Shown: one piece after another, positions 28,657-36,487 of the stretch
Layout of the letters: every line of letters begins with the position of its first letter
Position numbering within the stretch: position 1 is the stretch's first letter
Assembly (NCBI GenBank): GCA_964401625.1
Contig: CAYNYY010000004.1
Coordinates: forward strand, 1 to 40,888
Reading direction: 5' to 3'
Source: an uncultured Candidatus Saccharibacteria bacterium
GTDB lineage: Bacteria > Patescibacteriota > Minisyncoccia > Phycocordibacterales > UBA9973
Length of the DNA stretch: 40,888 bases
Made by a program: the position numbers and the translations under genes
The notes under the pieces: model-generated
What the model was told of the DNA's origin: nothing
Databases searched by the model: none
The model's input: the letters and a program-made list of their open reading frames with translations, nothing else

Positions 28657-28809
28657 ATGAATACATTGACTTTAGTTTTAATTTTAGTAGCTGGGGTTGT
28701 TTTAGGTGGTGCTTTTGGAGCTCTTAAGAAAAATCCAAAAATATCAAAAATAATAAAACAAAAGGGGTTAATTTTAGATAAATTGATGAAAAAAAATAAC
28801 CTCAAATAA
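28657..28809 (+). CDS. Small (50 aa) single-TM peptide with basic tail, not in the ORF track
   Basis: MNTLTLVLILVAGVVLGGAFGALKKNPKISKIIKQKGLILDKLMKKNNLK. An extended -10 box, TGcTATAAT (28642-28650), lies exactly 6 nt upstream of the ATG. Confidence 0.5.
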   Translation: MNTLTLVLILVAGVVLGGAFGALKKNPKISKIIKQKGLILDKLMKKNNLK

Positions 28810-28833
28810 ACAGAATTCTATTTTATTAAGCAA

Positions 28834-29223
28834 TTACCATTTTGTGGGATCAAAGTTTTCCCAATAATTATTTTTCACTGATGGCTTTTGGTTGATAAGT
28901 TCTTTTACGTATCTCTTTTCTTCCTCAGTAAAGAACTGAATTATTTTATCTGCTTGCTCTTTTGTCATTGTAGGAAAAGATTCAGAATAAGAATTATTAC
29001 TTATCATAATTCTTATTATATTCCCTTCTGAATCTTTTTCAGGAGTAAAACTAACTCTACCATGGATAATGGCAGAATCAAGCAACTTCATAATTTTTTC
29101 TAATTGCCAAGATAATGCTTTTTCTTTTTGCTGTTCTTTTTTATTAGAAGAATCTTCAGAATTATAATCCCGTTGGTTTCTTAATGCTTTTTCTTTTTGC
29201 TGTTCTTTTTTATATTCTTCCAT
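28834..29223 (-). CDS. Hypothetical protein with internal KEQQKEKAL duplication
   Basis: 129-aa ORF in which I recognise no family. It contains a perfect 32-nt direct repeat (29113-29144 and 29182-29213) that is in frame. Confidence 0.65.
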   Translation of the reverse strand: MEEYKKEQQKEKALRNQRDYNSEDSSNKKEQQKEKALSWQLEKIMKLLDSAIIHGRVSFTPEKDSEGNIIRIMISNNSYSESFPTMTKEQADKIIQFFTEEEKRYVKELINQKPSVKNNYWENFDPTKW

Positions 29224-29316
29224 TTTTTTAAATTTTAAATTTTTAAATAAAATAATTAGATAACTTTTAACATCATCATATTATTCCACATTCTATTTAA
29301 AAAGTATAGTAATTAC

Positions 29317-29345
29317 CAAATGCGCAAGAACCGTTCTTGCGCATT
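29317..29345. repeat. Palindromic hairpin element, TGCGC subtype (copy 4 of 5)
   Basis: AAATGCGCAAGAAC-C-GTTCTTGCGCATTT, about 80 nt downstream of the murF stop on the minus strand. Confidence 0.85.
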
Positions 29346-29384
29346 TGAATAAAATTGTACAAGGTGGAGATTAGGATTTTATTT

Positions 29385-29422
29385 AAGACTTATGTTCTCT
29401 ATATAGACTTATGTTCTCTGTA
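29385..29422. repeat. Tandem 19-nt direct repeat (2 copies)
   Basis: AGACTTATGTTCTCTATAT followed by AGACTTATGTTCTCTGTAT (18/19 identical), immediately 3' of the murF stop. Confidence 0.85.
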
Positions 29423-29424
29423 TA

Positions 29425-30726
29425 TTAGTGATTCTTCCATTCTTTCTCTTGACGACACAAAAGCTTCATTTTAAGCTCAGGATGAGCCATAATGGTCTCT
29501 ACGGCCCTTTCCAATCGTACTCCTTGTGATCCTTTTACTAGAAGAATATCTCCCTCTTCTATGAATTCTTTCAAGAAATTTCCAGCTAATTCTGATGTTG
29601 GGAAATAATAGATATTACTTTCCAAAAATCCTTTATTAATAGCTCCTTCTGTAATAAATTTTGCTCTTGGTCCAACTGTTACGAGAACATCAGTAATACC
29701 TATAATTTTTTCTCCAAGAATAATATGCTCTTCCTTAGTAAATTTACCAAGCTCAAGCATATCTCCTAGAACTATAATTTTTCTCTGGGCTTGCATTTCT
29801 TTTAAAACCTGGATAGCAGCATCGGCTGCTACGGGAGATGAATTATATGTATCATCAATAATAACTGAATTATTAATTCCATCAATAAAAGATAATCTTC
29901 CAGATGGTGTAGAATATTCACTAATTGCATTTATTGAATCTAATAAATCACAACCTATTTCATGGGCTACAGCAATAGCTGACAGAGCTGTGTTAATATA
30001 ATGTAACCCAATAACATTAGGAAGTGTGACCGGAAAAGTATTACCATCATATTCTAATTTAAAATTGATTCCCTTGGCTAAAATCATTTTCCCTTGAGGC
30101 TTTGTTAAGCACATCGGATAAGTAGAATGATAGGTGGCATTTTGATGTTCTCCAAACGAAATGGTCCTACATTTGGCCTTATTATGAAGAGCATAAACCT
30201 TTTCATCATCATGATTTAAAATCAATATTCCATTAGAACGAACAGCATAGGCTAGAGCACTTTTTTCTTTTATTATCTCATCAACTGATTTGAAAAACTC
30301 TATATGAACTGGTTTATCTGGAAAACATGTAACAACTACAATATCTGGTTTAAGCCAAGGAATTACATTTTTTATAATATCTCCCGGTTTACCTAGCCCA
30401 ATTTCTAAAACAAGATATTCAGGATAATTTTGTTTCCATAGAATTAAATAAAATCCACGAAGTATATTTTCTAGCCAAGTAAAAAAATTATTCCAGCCAT
30501 TGGGCAGACCCAAAATTGTTAGAGGTAATCCAATTTCACTATTAAAACTTTTCTCACTTTTACGGACAGTTTTGAATTTAGAGAGGATTGTAAAAATTGC
30601 ATCTTTTGTAGAAGTTTTACCGACAGAACCAGTGATAGCAATAATTTTAGGACGATAGCGAAATAGGACTAGTCTGGCTTGTAGTGTTAAAATTAAAATG
30701 ATAATTTTTTTTAATATTTTTTTCAT
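29425..30726 (-). CDS. murF: UDP-N-acetylmuramoyl-tripeptide--D-alanyl-D-alanine ligase
   Basis: ITGSVGKTSTKD P-loop, Mur ligase central and C-terminal domain patterns, and position after ftsI in a dcw cluster. Confidence 0.88.
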   Translation of the reverse strand: MKKILKKIIILILTLQARLVLFRYRPKIIAITGSVGKTSTKDAIFTILSKFKTVRKSEKSFNSEIGLPLTILGLPNGWNNFFTWLENILRGFYLILWKQNYPEYLVLEIGLGKPGDIIKNVIPWLKPDIVVVTCFPDKPVHIEFFKSVDEIIKEKSALAYAVRSNGILILNHDDEKVYALHNKAKCRTISFGEHQNATYHSTYPMCLTKPQGKMILAKGINFKLEYDGNTFPVTLPNVIGLHYINTALSAIAVAHEIGCDLLDSINAISEYSTPSGRLSFIDGINNSVIIDDTYNSSPVAADAAIQVLKEMQAQRKIIVLGDMLELGKFTKEEHIILGEKIIGITDVLVTVGPRAKFITEGAINKGFLESNIYYFPTSELAGNFLKEFIEEGDILLVKGSQGVRLERAVETIMAHPELKMKLLCRQEKEWKNH

Positions 30727-30741
30727 TTCATTTTTAATAAA

Positions 30742-32460
30742 TTATCTATCAGGTGGAACATTATAATAGTTTAACAGAAATTTAGTTATATTCATAAAAG
30801 GTGAAATAAGAGTCTGAGCAGCATATTCCACATTTTTAGGATCTTTCAAAAATAAAAAAACTAAAAATCTGGGATTGTAGGCTGGAAAATAACCGAAAAA
30901 GGAATGTAAATATTTATCATTATAATAACCTCTTCCTTTTAATTTAGCTATCTGAGCTGTTCCAGTTTTAGCTGCAATAGTATAATGTTTTAATTTTAAA
31001 GCTCCATTATAATAAGATTCAAATACATGAACAAGCATGCGAGTTATGGTATAAGAAGTTTCTTTTTTAATCACATTTTTCTTGGTTATCGGATATTTGA
31101 GTATTTTTAAAAAACCATTACTATATTTTATGGCTTTGGCTATATGAGGGGTAATAAGATTTCCACCATTAGCTAAAGATGAAAATGCACGCGCTGCTCC
31201 TATTGGAGTTAAAGCAATCCCTTGCCCAAAAGCTGCATTTGCATATTCAATATCACGAGGACTATTTAAATTTTTAATGAGACCATATGTTTCATTAGGT
31301 AAGTCAATATTAGTTTTTCTTCCTATCCCATAAGCTTCTAAATATGTCCTAACTCTATAATGCCCAAGTTTACTGGCTACATAAACCATACCTGTATTCA
31401 AAGATTGATCGAGAACAGTTTGCATTGTTGTACCCCTTCCCCTTCCTCTTTTATCAAAATTATATATTCGTTTACCATCTACAGTTACTTCTCCTCTATC
31501 AAAATACGTAGATTTTGGTGTTAATACTTTAGTATCCAAGGCTGCTGCCATAACTAATGGTTTAATAACTGATCCAAATTCAAAAACATCTTCAACCATT
31601 GCGTCACGATATACTCCAGGGTTCGGTACATTTTGGAAATCATTTAAATTAAAAGTCGGCAAAGAAACAATAGCATAAATTGCACCAGTCTGTGGGTTTA
31701 TTATTATTCCGCCAGCTTGACTAGCATGCCATTTTTTTAAAGTTGAAGATAATTCAGATTCAAGAGTTTCTTGAACTGTTGGCTCAATCGTCGTTATAAT
31801 ACTTCCTTGATTATTTTGTGAAGAAGGAGAAATTGTATTTTTGATATTAGAAAAAACTTCTGCAAAGAAATTTACATAGAGTCCATTTTTAGGTTTTGAT
31901 AAAATCTTATTATAATATCTCTCTAATCCATATTGTCCAACTTTATTATTTCCTTTATAAGCTAAGAAACCAATTGTATGAGCAGCTAGACTACCTCCAG
32001 GATAGAAACGCCAATTGTCTTTGAAAATTGAAACACCTGACAATTTGAGCTTACTAATATCATTTGCTTGTTCTTCAGTTAAATGAGTTGCAACTTCTTC
32101 ATAAATATCATTTTTTCTAGAAGCGCGACGAATAAAAGTATCACGATTCATTTTAAGATACGGTGCAAGAGATTTATATAAAGATTCTGGATTAGTTATA
32201 TATTTAGTATCTAAAGCAATTTTAAATCCAGATAAAATAGTTGCTGCAGCAACTAGAGACCCATCTTTCCTAGAAAAAAATATTGATCCCCTATTAAAAA
32301 GATTATTAAATGGCGTTGCATATTGTCTATTTGCTTTTTCTTTATATATATTATTATTAATAATTTGCACATAAAAAAGTCTAGAAATTAAAACAATAGC
32401 AATAAAAAGTACGAAAATAGAGATGATTCTTATTCGTATTTTAAATGATGAAAGATTCAT
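30742..32460 (-). CDS. ftsI: Class B penicillin-binding protein (division transpeptidase)
   Basis: N-terminal TM helix, SVIKP (SxxK), KTGTAQ (KTG), and dcw cluster context. Confidence 0.88.
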   Translation of the reverse strand: MNLSSFKIRIRIISIFVLFIAIVLISRLFYVQIINNNIYKEKANRQYATPFNNLFNRGSIFFSRKDGSLVAAATILSGFKIALDTKYITNPESLYKSLAPYLKMNRDTFIRRASRKNDIYEEVATHLTEEQANDISKLKLSGVSIFKDNWRFYPGGSLAAHTIGFLAYKGNNKVGQYGLERYYNKILSKPKNGLYVNFFAEVFSNIKNTISPSSQNNQGSIITTIEPTVQETLESELSSTLKKWHASQAGGIIINPQTGAIYAIVSLPTFNLNDFQNVPNPGVYRDAMVEDVFEFGSVIKPLVMAAALDTKVLTPKSTYFDRGEVTVDGKRIYNFDKRGRGRGTTMQTVLDQSLNTGMVYVASKLGHYRVRTYLEAYGIGRKTNIDLPNETYGLIKNLNSPRDIEYANAAFGQGIALTPIGAARAFSSLANGGNLITPHIAKAIKYSNGFLKILKYPITKKNVIKKETSYTITRMLVHVFESYYNGALKLKHYTIAAKTGTAQIAKLKGRGYYNDKYLHSFFGYFPAYNPRFLVFLFLKDPKNVEYAAQTLISPFMNITKFLLNYYNVPPDR

Positions 32461-32783
32461 TATCTAATGGCAACATAATTAGAAGAGCGAGTAGCAAAAA
32501 TATTATTTTTGGAATTAACAAATCCGTTTGAGGTAGCATAAGCTCTATTTATCTGGCTAAGATTAGAAAAATAAGTAACTTCTAGTTGGCTGATATTACT
32601 TTTAAAGGCAATAGATGAATTTCCAAGAGATCGGCGGGCTAGAATATTAAAAGTTATAGAAATAATCAAATATGCATATATAATACCTATTATTATAAAT
32701 CCACCAATAATCAATCTCAATAGAATTCGTCGAAAATGATTATCGCCTATCATATTAACAGTAATTATTTTAACTTTACTCAT
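32460..32783 (-). CDS. FtsL-like small bitopic division protein
   Basis: 107 aa with one TM helix, located between rsmH and ftsI with overlapping stop/start codons at both ends. Confidence 0.6.
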   Translation of the reverse strand: MSKVKIITVNMIGDNHFRRILLRLIIGGFIIIGIIYAYLIISITFNILARRSLGNSSIAFKSNISQLEVTYFSNLSQINRAYATSNGFVNSKNNIFATRSSNYVAIR

Positions 32784-33673
32784 ATTTTTTCTAATATTCT
32801 TAATTTTGCGCTACGTGAACGCGGATTTATAATAATTTCATTATTACTTGGTATTATTGGTTTTTTTGTAATAATATTTGCCAACCCTGTTTCTTTCAAC
32901 TTTATAAATTTATGTTTAACGATACGATCTTCTAAAGAATGAAAAGTTATAATAGCCATTCTACCGTTGGATGATAATTTATTAAATCCTTCTTCTATTA
33001 CATCTTCTAAATTCTTTAATTCATTATTAGTAGCTATCCTGAGAGCTTGAAAAGTTTTCGTAGCTGGATTAATTTTTTTGCTTTTATAATATTTACCAAT
33101 AGCTTCATGGATAATTTTTACTAAATCAAAGGTAGTTTCTATTTTTCGATCTTTTCGATGATTAACTATAGCTTTAGCAATTTTTCTAGAGTATTTTTCT
33201 TCTCCAAAACCATAAATAATATCGGCTATACTTTCTTCATTCCAATCATTAACAATGATTTTGGCAGTTAAATCTTTTTCATTAGGGTTTTCTTTCATTG
33301 TCATCAACAATGGTTCATCTTTTAGAAAAGAAAAACCTCGACCGGCAACTTCAAGTTGGAATGAACTTAATCCTAGATCCAACAGAATTCTATCAATTTT
33401 AGTTATCTTTAATTCATTTAGAACCTCATCCAACTTTTGAAAACCGATAACTTTAAAGATAACATCGCGGGGAATATCTTTTATTAAGATTTCAGCTCGA
33501 TTTATAGCTTCATTATCAAGATCTAATCCAATAATTTTTACTTTTGTTCCAAATCGTTGAATTATTTCGTAAGTATGTCCTCCACCTCCAAGAGTCCCAT
33601 CAACAACAATATCTCCTGATTGAATATTTAATCCATCAATTGATTCGTTTTTTAAAACAGGAATATGTCTCAT
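32780..33673 (-). CDS. rsmH: 16S rRNA (cytosine1402-N4)-methyltransferase
   Basis: HIPVL, DGTLGGGGH, DLGLSS and FHSLEDR motifs. Confidence 0.94.
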   Translation of the reverse strand: MRHIPVLKNESIDGLNIQSGDIVVDGTLGGGGHTYEIIQRFGTKVKIIGLDLDNEAINRAEILIKDIPRDVIFKVIGFQKLDEVLNELKITKIDRILLDLGLSSFQLEVAGRGFSFLKDEPLLMTMKENPNEKDLTAKIIVNDWNEESIADIIYGFGEEKYSRKIAKAIVNHRKDRKIETTFDLVKIIHEAIGKYYKSKKINPATKTFQALRIATNNELKNLEDVIEEGFNKLSSNGRMAIITFHSLEDRIVKHKFIKLKETGLANIITKKPIIPSNNEIIINPRSRSAKLRILEKI

Positions 33674-33677
33674 ATTA

Positions 33678-34112
33678 TTAAAGAACTCCTATTTGCCCTA
33701 ATTTATCAGCGAGAGCATCAGCCTGTGTTTCAATAATTTTTTTATAATCATTCCAAGCTTTCTCATTCCAGATTTCTATTCTATTTTGTACACCAATAAC
33801 AACAACCTTTGAAGAAAGATTCGAACGATTTTTTAAATTTTCCGGGATTAGTATTCGGCCTTGATTATCCACATCTACTTTAGCAGCTTGGCCAAACATA
33901 AATCTCGAGAAACTTCTATTATCACTTGCTAACATTGAGGAATCAGATAATTTATTTGAAATCTTTTGCCATTCTTTTATGGTAAATAAAGAAAGACAAT
34001 TATCTAACCCTGGAGAAATGACAACACTATCCCCTATCTCTTTGCGAAATTTCACAGGAAGAGACATTCTATTTTTTCCATCTAGAGTGTGTATATATTC
34101 TCCGATCAACAT
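33678..34112 (-). CDS. mraZ: Transcriptional regulator MraZ
   Basis: MLIGEYIHTLDGKNRMSLPVKFR and a second GRILIP repeat. The start is set at the internal Met (34112). The track's 33-codon extension overlaps the promoter and GTGGG boxes and is not MraZ-like. Confidence 0.9.
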   Translation of the reverse strand: MLIGEYIHTLDGKNRMSLPVKFRKEIGDSVVISPGLDNCLSLFTIKEWQKISNKLSDSSMLASDNRSFSRFMFGQAAKVDVDNQGRILIPENLKNRSNLSSKVVVIGVQNRIEIWNEKAWNDYKKIIETQADALADKLGQIGVL

Positions 34113-34159
34113 AATAACAAAGAATGAGATAATTTTAATTATTAATTTTAATTTCCTAG

Positions 34160-34225
34160 CCCACTTTATCCCACTTGGTTTAAGTATAAACCACTTTGTC
34201 CCACAATACAAATATCCCTCCCCAC
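34160..34225 (-). promoter_or_regulatory. Phased GTGGG (MraZ-box-like) repeat array overlapping the putative mraZ promoter
   Basis: CCCAC/CCAC on the plus strand at 34160, 34170, 34191, 34200 and 34221, spaced at about 10-nt multiples. On the minus strand TTGTAT (34211-34206), a 17-nt spacer and TATACT (34188-34183) sit among them. Confidence 0.7.
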
Positions 34226-34257
34226 TTAAACTGTGGATAACTTTAATTTGAGCAAGT

Positions 34258-34280
34258 TGCGCAAGAACGGTTCTTGCGCA
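34258..34280. repeat. Palindromic hairpin element, TGCGC subtype (copy 5 of 5)
   Basis: TGCGCAAGAAC-G-GTTCTTGCGCA has perfect 11-bp arms and lies between the mraZ promoter region and the candidate sRNA promoter. Confidence 0.85.
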
Positions 34281-34296
34281 TTTGTTAATTAATATC

Positions 34297-34324
34297 TTGA
34301 CTTTTATTGAGTAAGTGGTATATT
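34297..34324 (+). promoter_or_regulatory. Near-consensus sigma70-type promoter with -35 and extended -10
   Basis: TTGACT (34297-34302), a 16-nt spacer, then TGgTATATT (34316-34324). This is the best full promoter match I found in the window, yet no annotated gene lies downstream on the plus strand. Confidence 0.65.
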
Positions 34325-34330
34325 AAGAAA

Positions 34331-34470
34331 AACAAAAAAATGAAGAGAAATGAAAAAATTTCTCTTCTGTACCTGTTAAGGTGCAGAAGGGAGTTACTAA
34401 AGGCGATAGCCTTCAGTAACAAACAAAGAAAAAAGGCTCAAGGTAAAACTTGAACCTTTTATTTTTATTT
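34331..34470 (+). ncRNA. Candidate ~140-nt structured small RNA (or 37-codon small-ORF mRNA), unknown family
   Basis: Lies between the strong promoter and a terminator. Hairpins: GAAGAGAAAT/ATTTCTCTTC (34342-34367), TTCTGTACC/GGTGCAGAA (34365-34388), GTTACTAAAGGC/GCCTTCAGTAAC (34393-34420) and the terminator stem (34431-34460). It also contains the ORF 34340-34453, MKRNEKISLLYLLRCRRELLKAIAFSNKQRKKAQGKT. Confidence 0.45.
34431..34460. terminator. Bidirectional terminator (lysS on minus, candidate sRNA on plus)
   Basis: AAAAGGCTCAAG-GTAAAA-CTTGAACCTTTT forms a 12-bp stem with T runs on both strands. It begins 16 nt after the lysS stop. Confidence 0.75.
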
Positions 34471-34475
34471 CTTTA

Positions 34476-35963
34476 TTATTCTTTCGGTTTCATAATAGGA
34501 AAGAAAATCACATCTCTTAAATTTTTTTGTTCAGTTAATATGGCAACTAATCTATCAATACCCATTCCAAAGCCAGTCATAGGAGGCATCCCATGTTCCA
34601 TTGCTTCCAAGAATCTTTCATCTACTTGCATAGCTTCCTCATCTCCATCTTTTTTAGCTTTAGATTGAGAAATTAAAAGTTCTCTCTGTCTTAAGGGATC
34701 AACAAGTTCAGCATATTGATTAGTTATCTCAGCCCCTGCTATAATTAATTGAGCAACTTGAGCTGTTCCATCTTCGTTTTGTTGGGCTAATGGTTTCAAA
34801 TCTCCTGGAAAATTTGTAATAAAAGTTGGATTAATTATTTTGCATCTTGAAGACTTTTTATAAATATAATCAAGTAAATTTCCTCTTCCAACCTTTAGAG
34901 CTTCTTCTTTATTTATTCCCCATTTTATAGCCTCTTTACGAGATTCTTCTAAGGTAATAGTCGTAACATCAATCTCTGCATTTTCTTTTAATAAAGTAAC
35001 AAAAGAAACTCTTGGCCAGTGACCATCAAAATTAACGCCGACTGTATTCTTATCTTTATCAGTAATATCAAAAGTTGTTTTATGAATAACATTAACGGCT
35101 ATTGATTTAATCAATTCTTCTGTCCACTTCATATTAGTCTCTAATGTCTCATAAGCTTTATACCATTCTATCATTGTAAATTCTTGCATATGAGTTGGGT
35201 CAGAGCCTTCGTTACGGAAATTTTTACCAATTTCATAAACTCCACTATAGCCTCCAGCCATAATAATTTTATGATCAAGTTCAAGAGCAATGCGTAAAAC
35301 CATCGGCATATCATAATCATTTAAATGAGTCTTAAAAACTTTAGCCATAGCTCCGCCTGCTTGATTTTGTAAAATAGGAGTTTCAACTTCTAAAAAATTT
35401 TTATCATCAAAAAACTTTCTAATAAATTTAATTATTTGTGATCTAATAATAAAACGATCATAAACTTCTTTATCCATAATCATATCAAGATAACGGTGAC
35501 GATAAGTTTCTTCTATATCTTGTAAACCATGCCATTTATCTGGTAATGGTAATAAAGATTTAGTTGCCATTTTCCATTCTTTAATTAGAATACTTTGTTC
35601 TCCTCGAGCTGTCGTAAATATAGAACCTGTAACACTGATAAAATCACCATTATCAACAGTATCTACAAATAAATTAAATATATCTTCTCTGAGTTCGTCT
35701 TTTTTCAAAACAGCTTGGATTCTTTCAGCACCATCTTGAATAACCACAAAAAGTATTGCTCCTTGCCCTCTTATAACAACCACTCGTCCGACAACAGATA
35801 TAAACTTCTTTTTTGTTTCTAAAACAAGACTTTCAAATTTATTCTTCACTTCTGTTAAAGAATAATCTACAGGAACAGAACTTGGAAATGGTTCCATCCC
35901 AGCATTTTTTAATATATCTATTTTCTCTAAGCGAACTGCACGTAATTCTTCTAATGAAGCCAT
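34476..35963 (-). CDS. lysS: Lysyl-tRNA synthetase, class II
   Basis: N-terminal OB anticodon-binding region and class II motifs (FRNEG, GMGIDRLVAILT). Confidence 0.95.
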   Translation of the reverse strand: MASLEELRAVRLEKIDILKNAGMEPFPSSVPVDYSLTEVKNKFESLVLETKKKFISVVGRVVVIRGQGAILFVVIQDGAERIQAVLKKDELREDIFNLFVDTVDNGDFISVTGSIFTTARGEQSILIKEWKMATKSLLPLPDKWHGLQDIEETYRHRYLDMIMDKEVYDRFIIRSQIIKFIRKFFDDKNFLEVETPILQNQAGGAMAKVFKTHLNDYDMPMVLRIALELDHKIIMAGGYSGVYEIGKNFRNEGSDPTHMQEFTMIEWYKAYETLETNMKWTEELIKSIAVNVIHKTTFDITDKDKNTVGVNFDGHWPRVSFVTLLKENAEIDVTTITLEESRKEAIKWGINKEEALKVGRGNLLDYIYKKSSRCKIINPTFITNFPGDLKPLAQQNEDGTAQVAQLIIAGAEITNQYAELVDPLRQRELLISQSKAKKDGDEEAMQVDERFLEAMEHGMPPMTGFGMGIDRLVAILTEQKNLRDVIFFPIMKPKE

Positions 35964-35967
35964 AATT

Positions 35968-36432
35968 TTATTCTATATCAATTATAACATATTTGACCAA
36001 TCCTCTAGGTGTTGAAATAGAGATAATATCATCTTTAGATTTACCTAAAAGAGCCTGACCTATTGGTGACTTATGTGAAATTTTATTTTGGCTCATATCG
36101 GCTTCTTCGGATCCAACTAAATGGTAAATTATAATATCTTTTGAATTATTTTTTCTCACTTTAACCAAAGCTCCGATTTCAATATTAAGCTTAGAATGTT
36201 TTTTAACAACAATAGCCGATTGAAGCATATATTCAATCTGATTGATCCTATCTTCTGTTTTACCTTGATCTTCTCTTGCTTGATGATATTCAGCATTTTC
36301 AGAAAGATCACCTAAAGCTTTAGCTGCTGCTAAGGCTTCACTAATCTCGTTTCGTTTAATAGATTTTAAATATTCAAGCTCTTCAATTAAGGCTTTTTTC
36401 TTATCTTCAGTTATATAATTAAGTTCTTTCAT
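35968..36432 (-). CDS. greA: Transcription elongation factor GreA
   Basis: GDLSENAEYHQAREDQ coiled-coil tip and a C-terminal ISHKSPIGQALLGK domain. Confidence 0.94.
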   Translation of the reverse strand: MKELNYITEDKKKALIEELEYLKSIKRNEISEALAAAKALGDLSENAEYHQAREDQGKTEDRINQIEYMLQSAIVVKKHSKLNIEIGALVKVRKNNSKDIIIYHLVGSEEADMSQNKISHKSPIGQALLGKSKDDIISISTPRGLVKYVIIDIE

Positions 36433-36487
36433 AGTTGAGAAATTCTACCAATTTATAACCAATAAGTCAAAAGTAATTTAGGAAAAA

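Noticed and set aside
28264-29345. An integrated mobile element using tRNA-Glu as its attachment site.
   Set aside because: The window has no integrase, recombinase or phage genes. The duplicated segment is the tRNA 5' half, located only 88 nt upstream, not a 3'-end repeat flanking an island. The patch is only about 1 kb.
34113-34211. 33-codon N-terminal extension of mraZ in the ORF track.
   Set aside because: The extension covers the GTGGG box array and the putative promoter. The canonical MraZ N-terminus (MLIGEY.H..D.KNR) begins at the internal Met at 34112.
34331-34470. Identifying the candidate small RNA as SRP (4.5S) RNA or 6S RNA.
   Set aside because: It has no helix-8 signature (GNAR tetraloop flanked by AGCA/GGAA-type loops), because its stems are perfect rather than loop-interrupted. 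It also lacks the long bulged duplex typical of 6S RNA. It is left as an unknown family.
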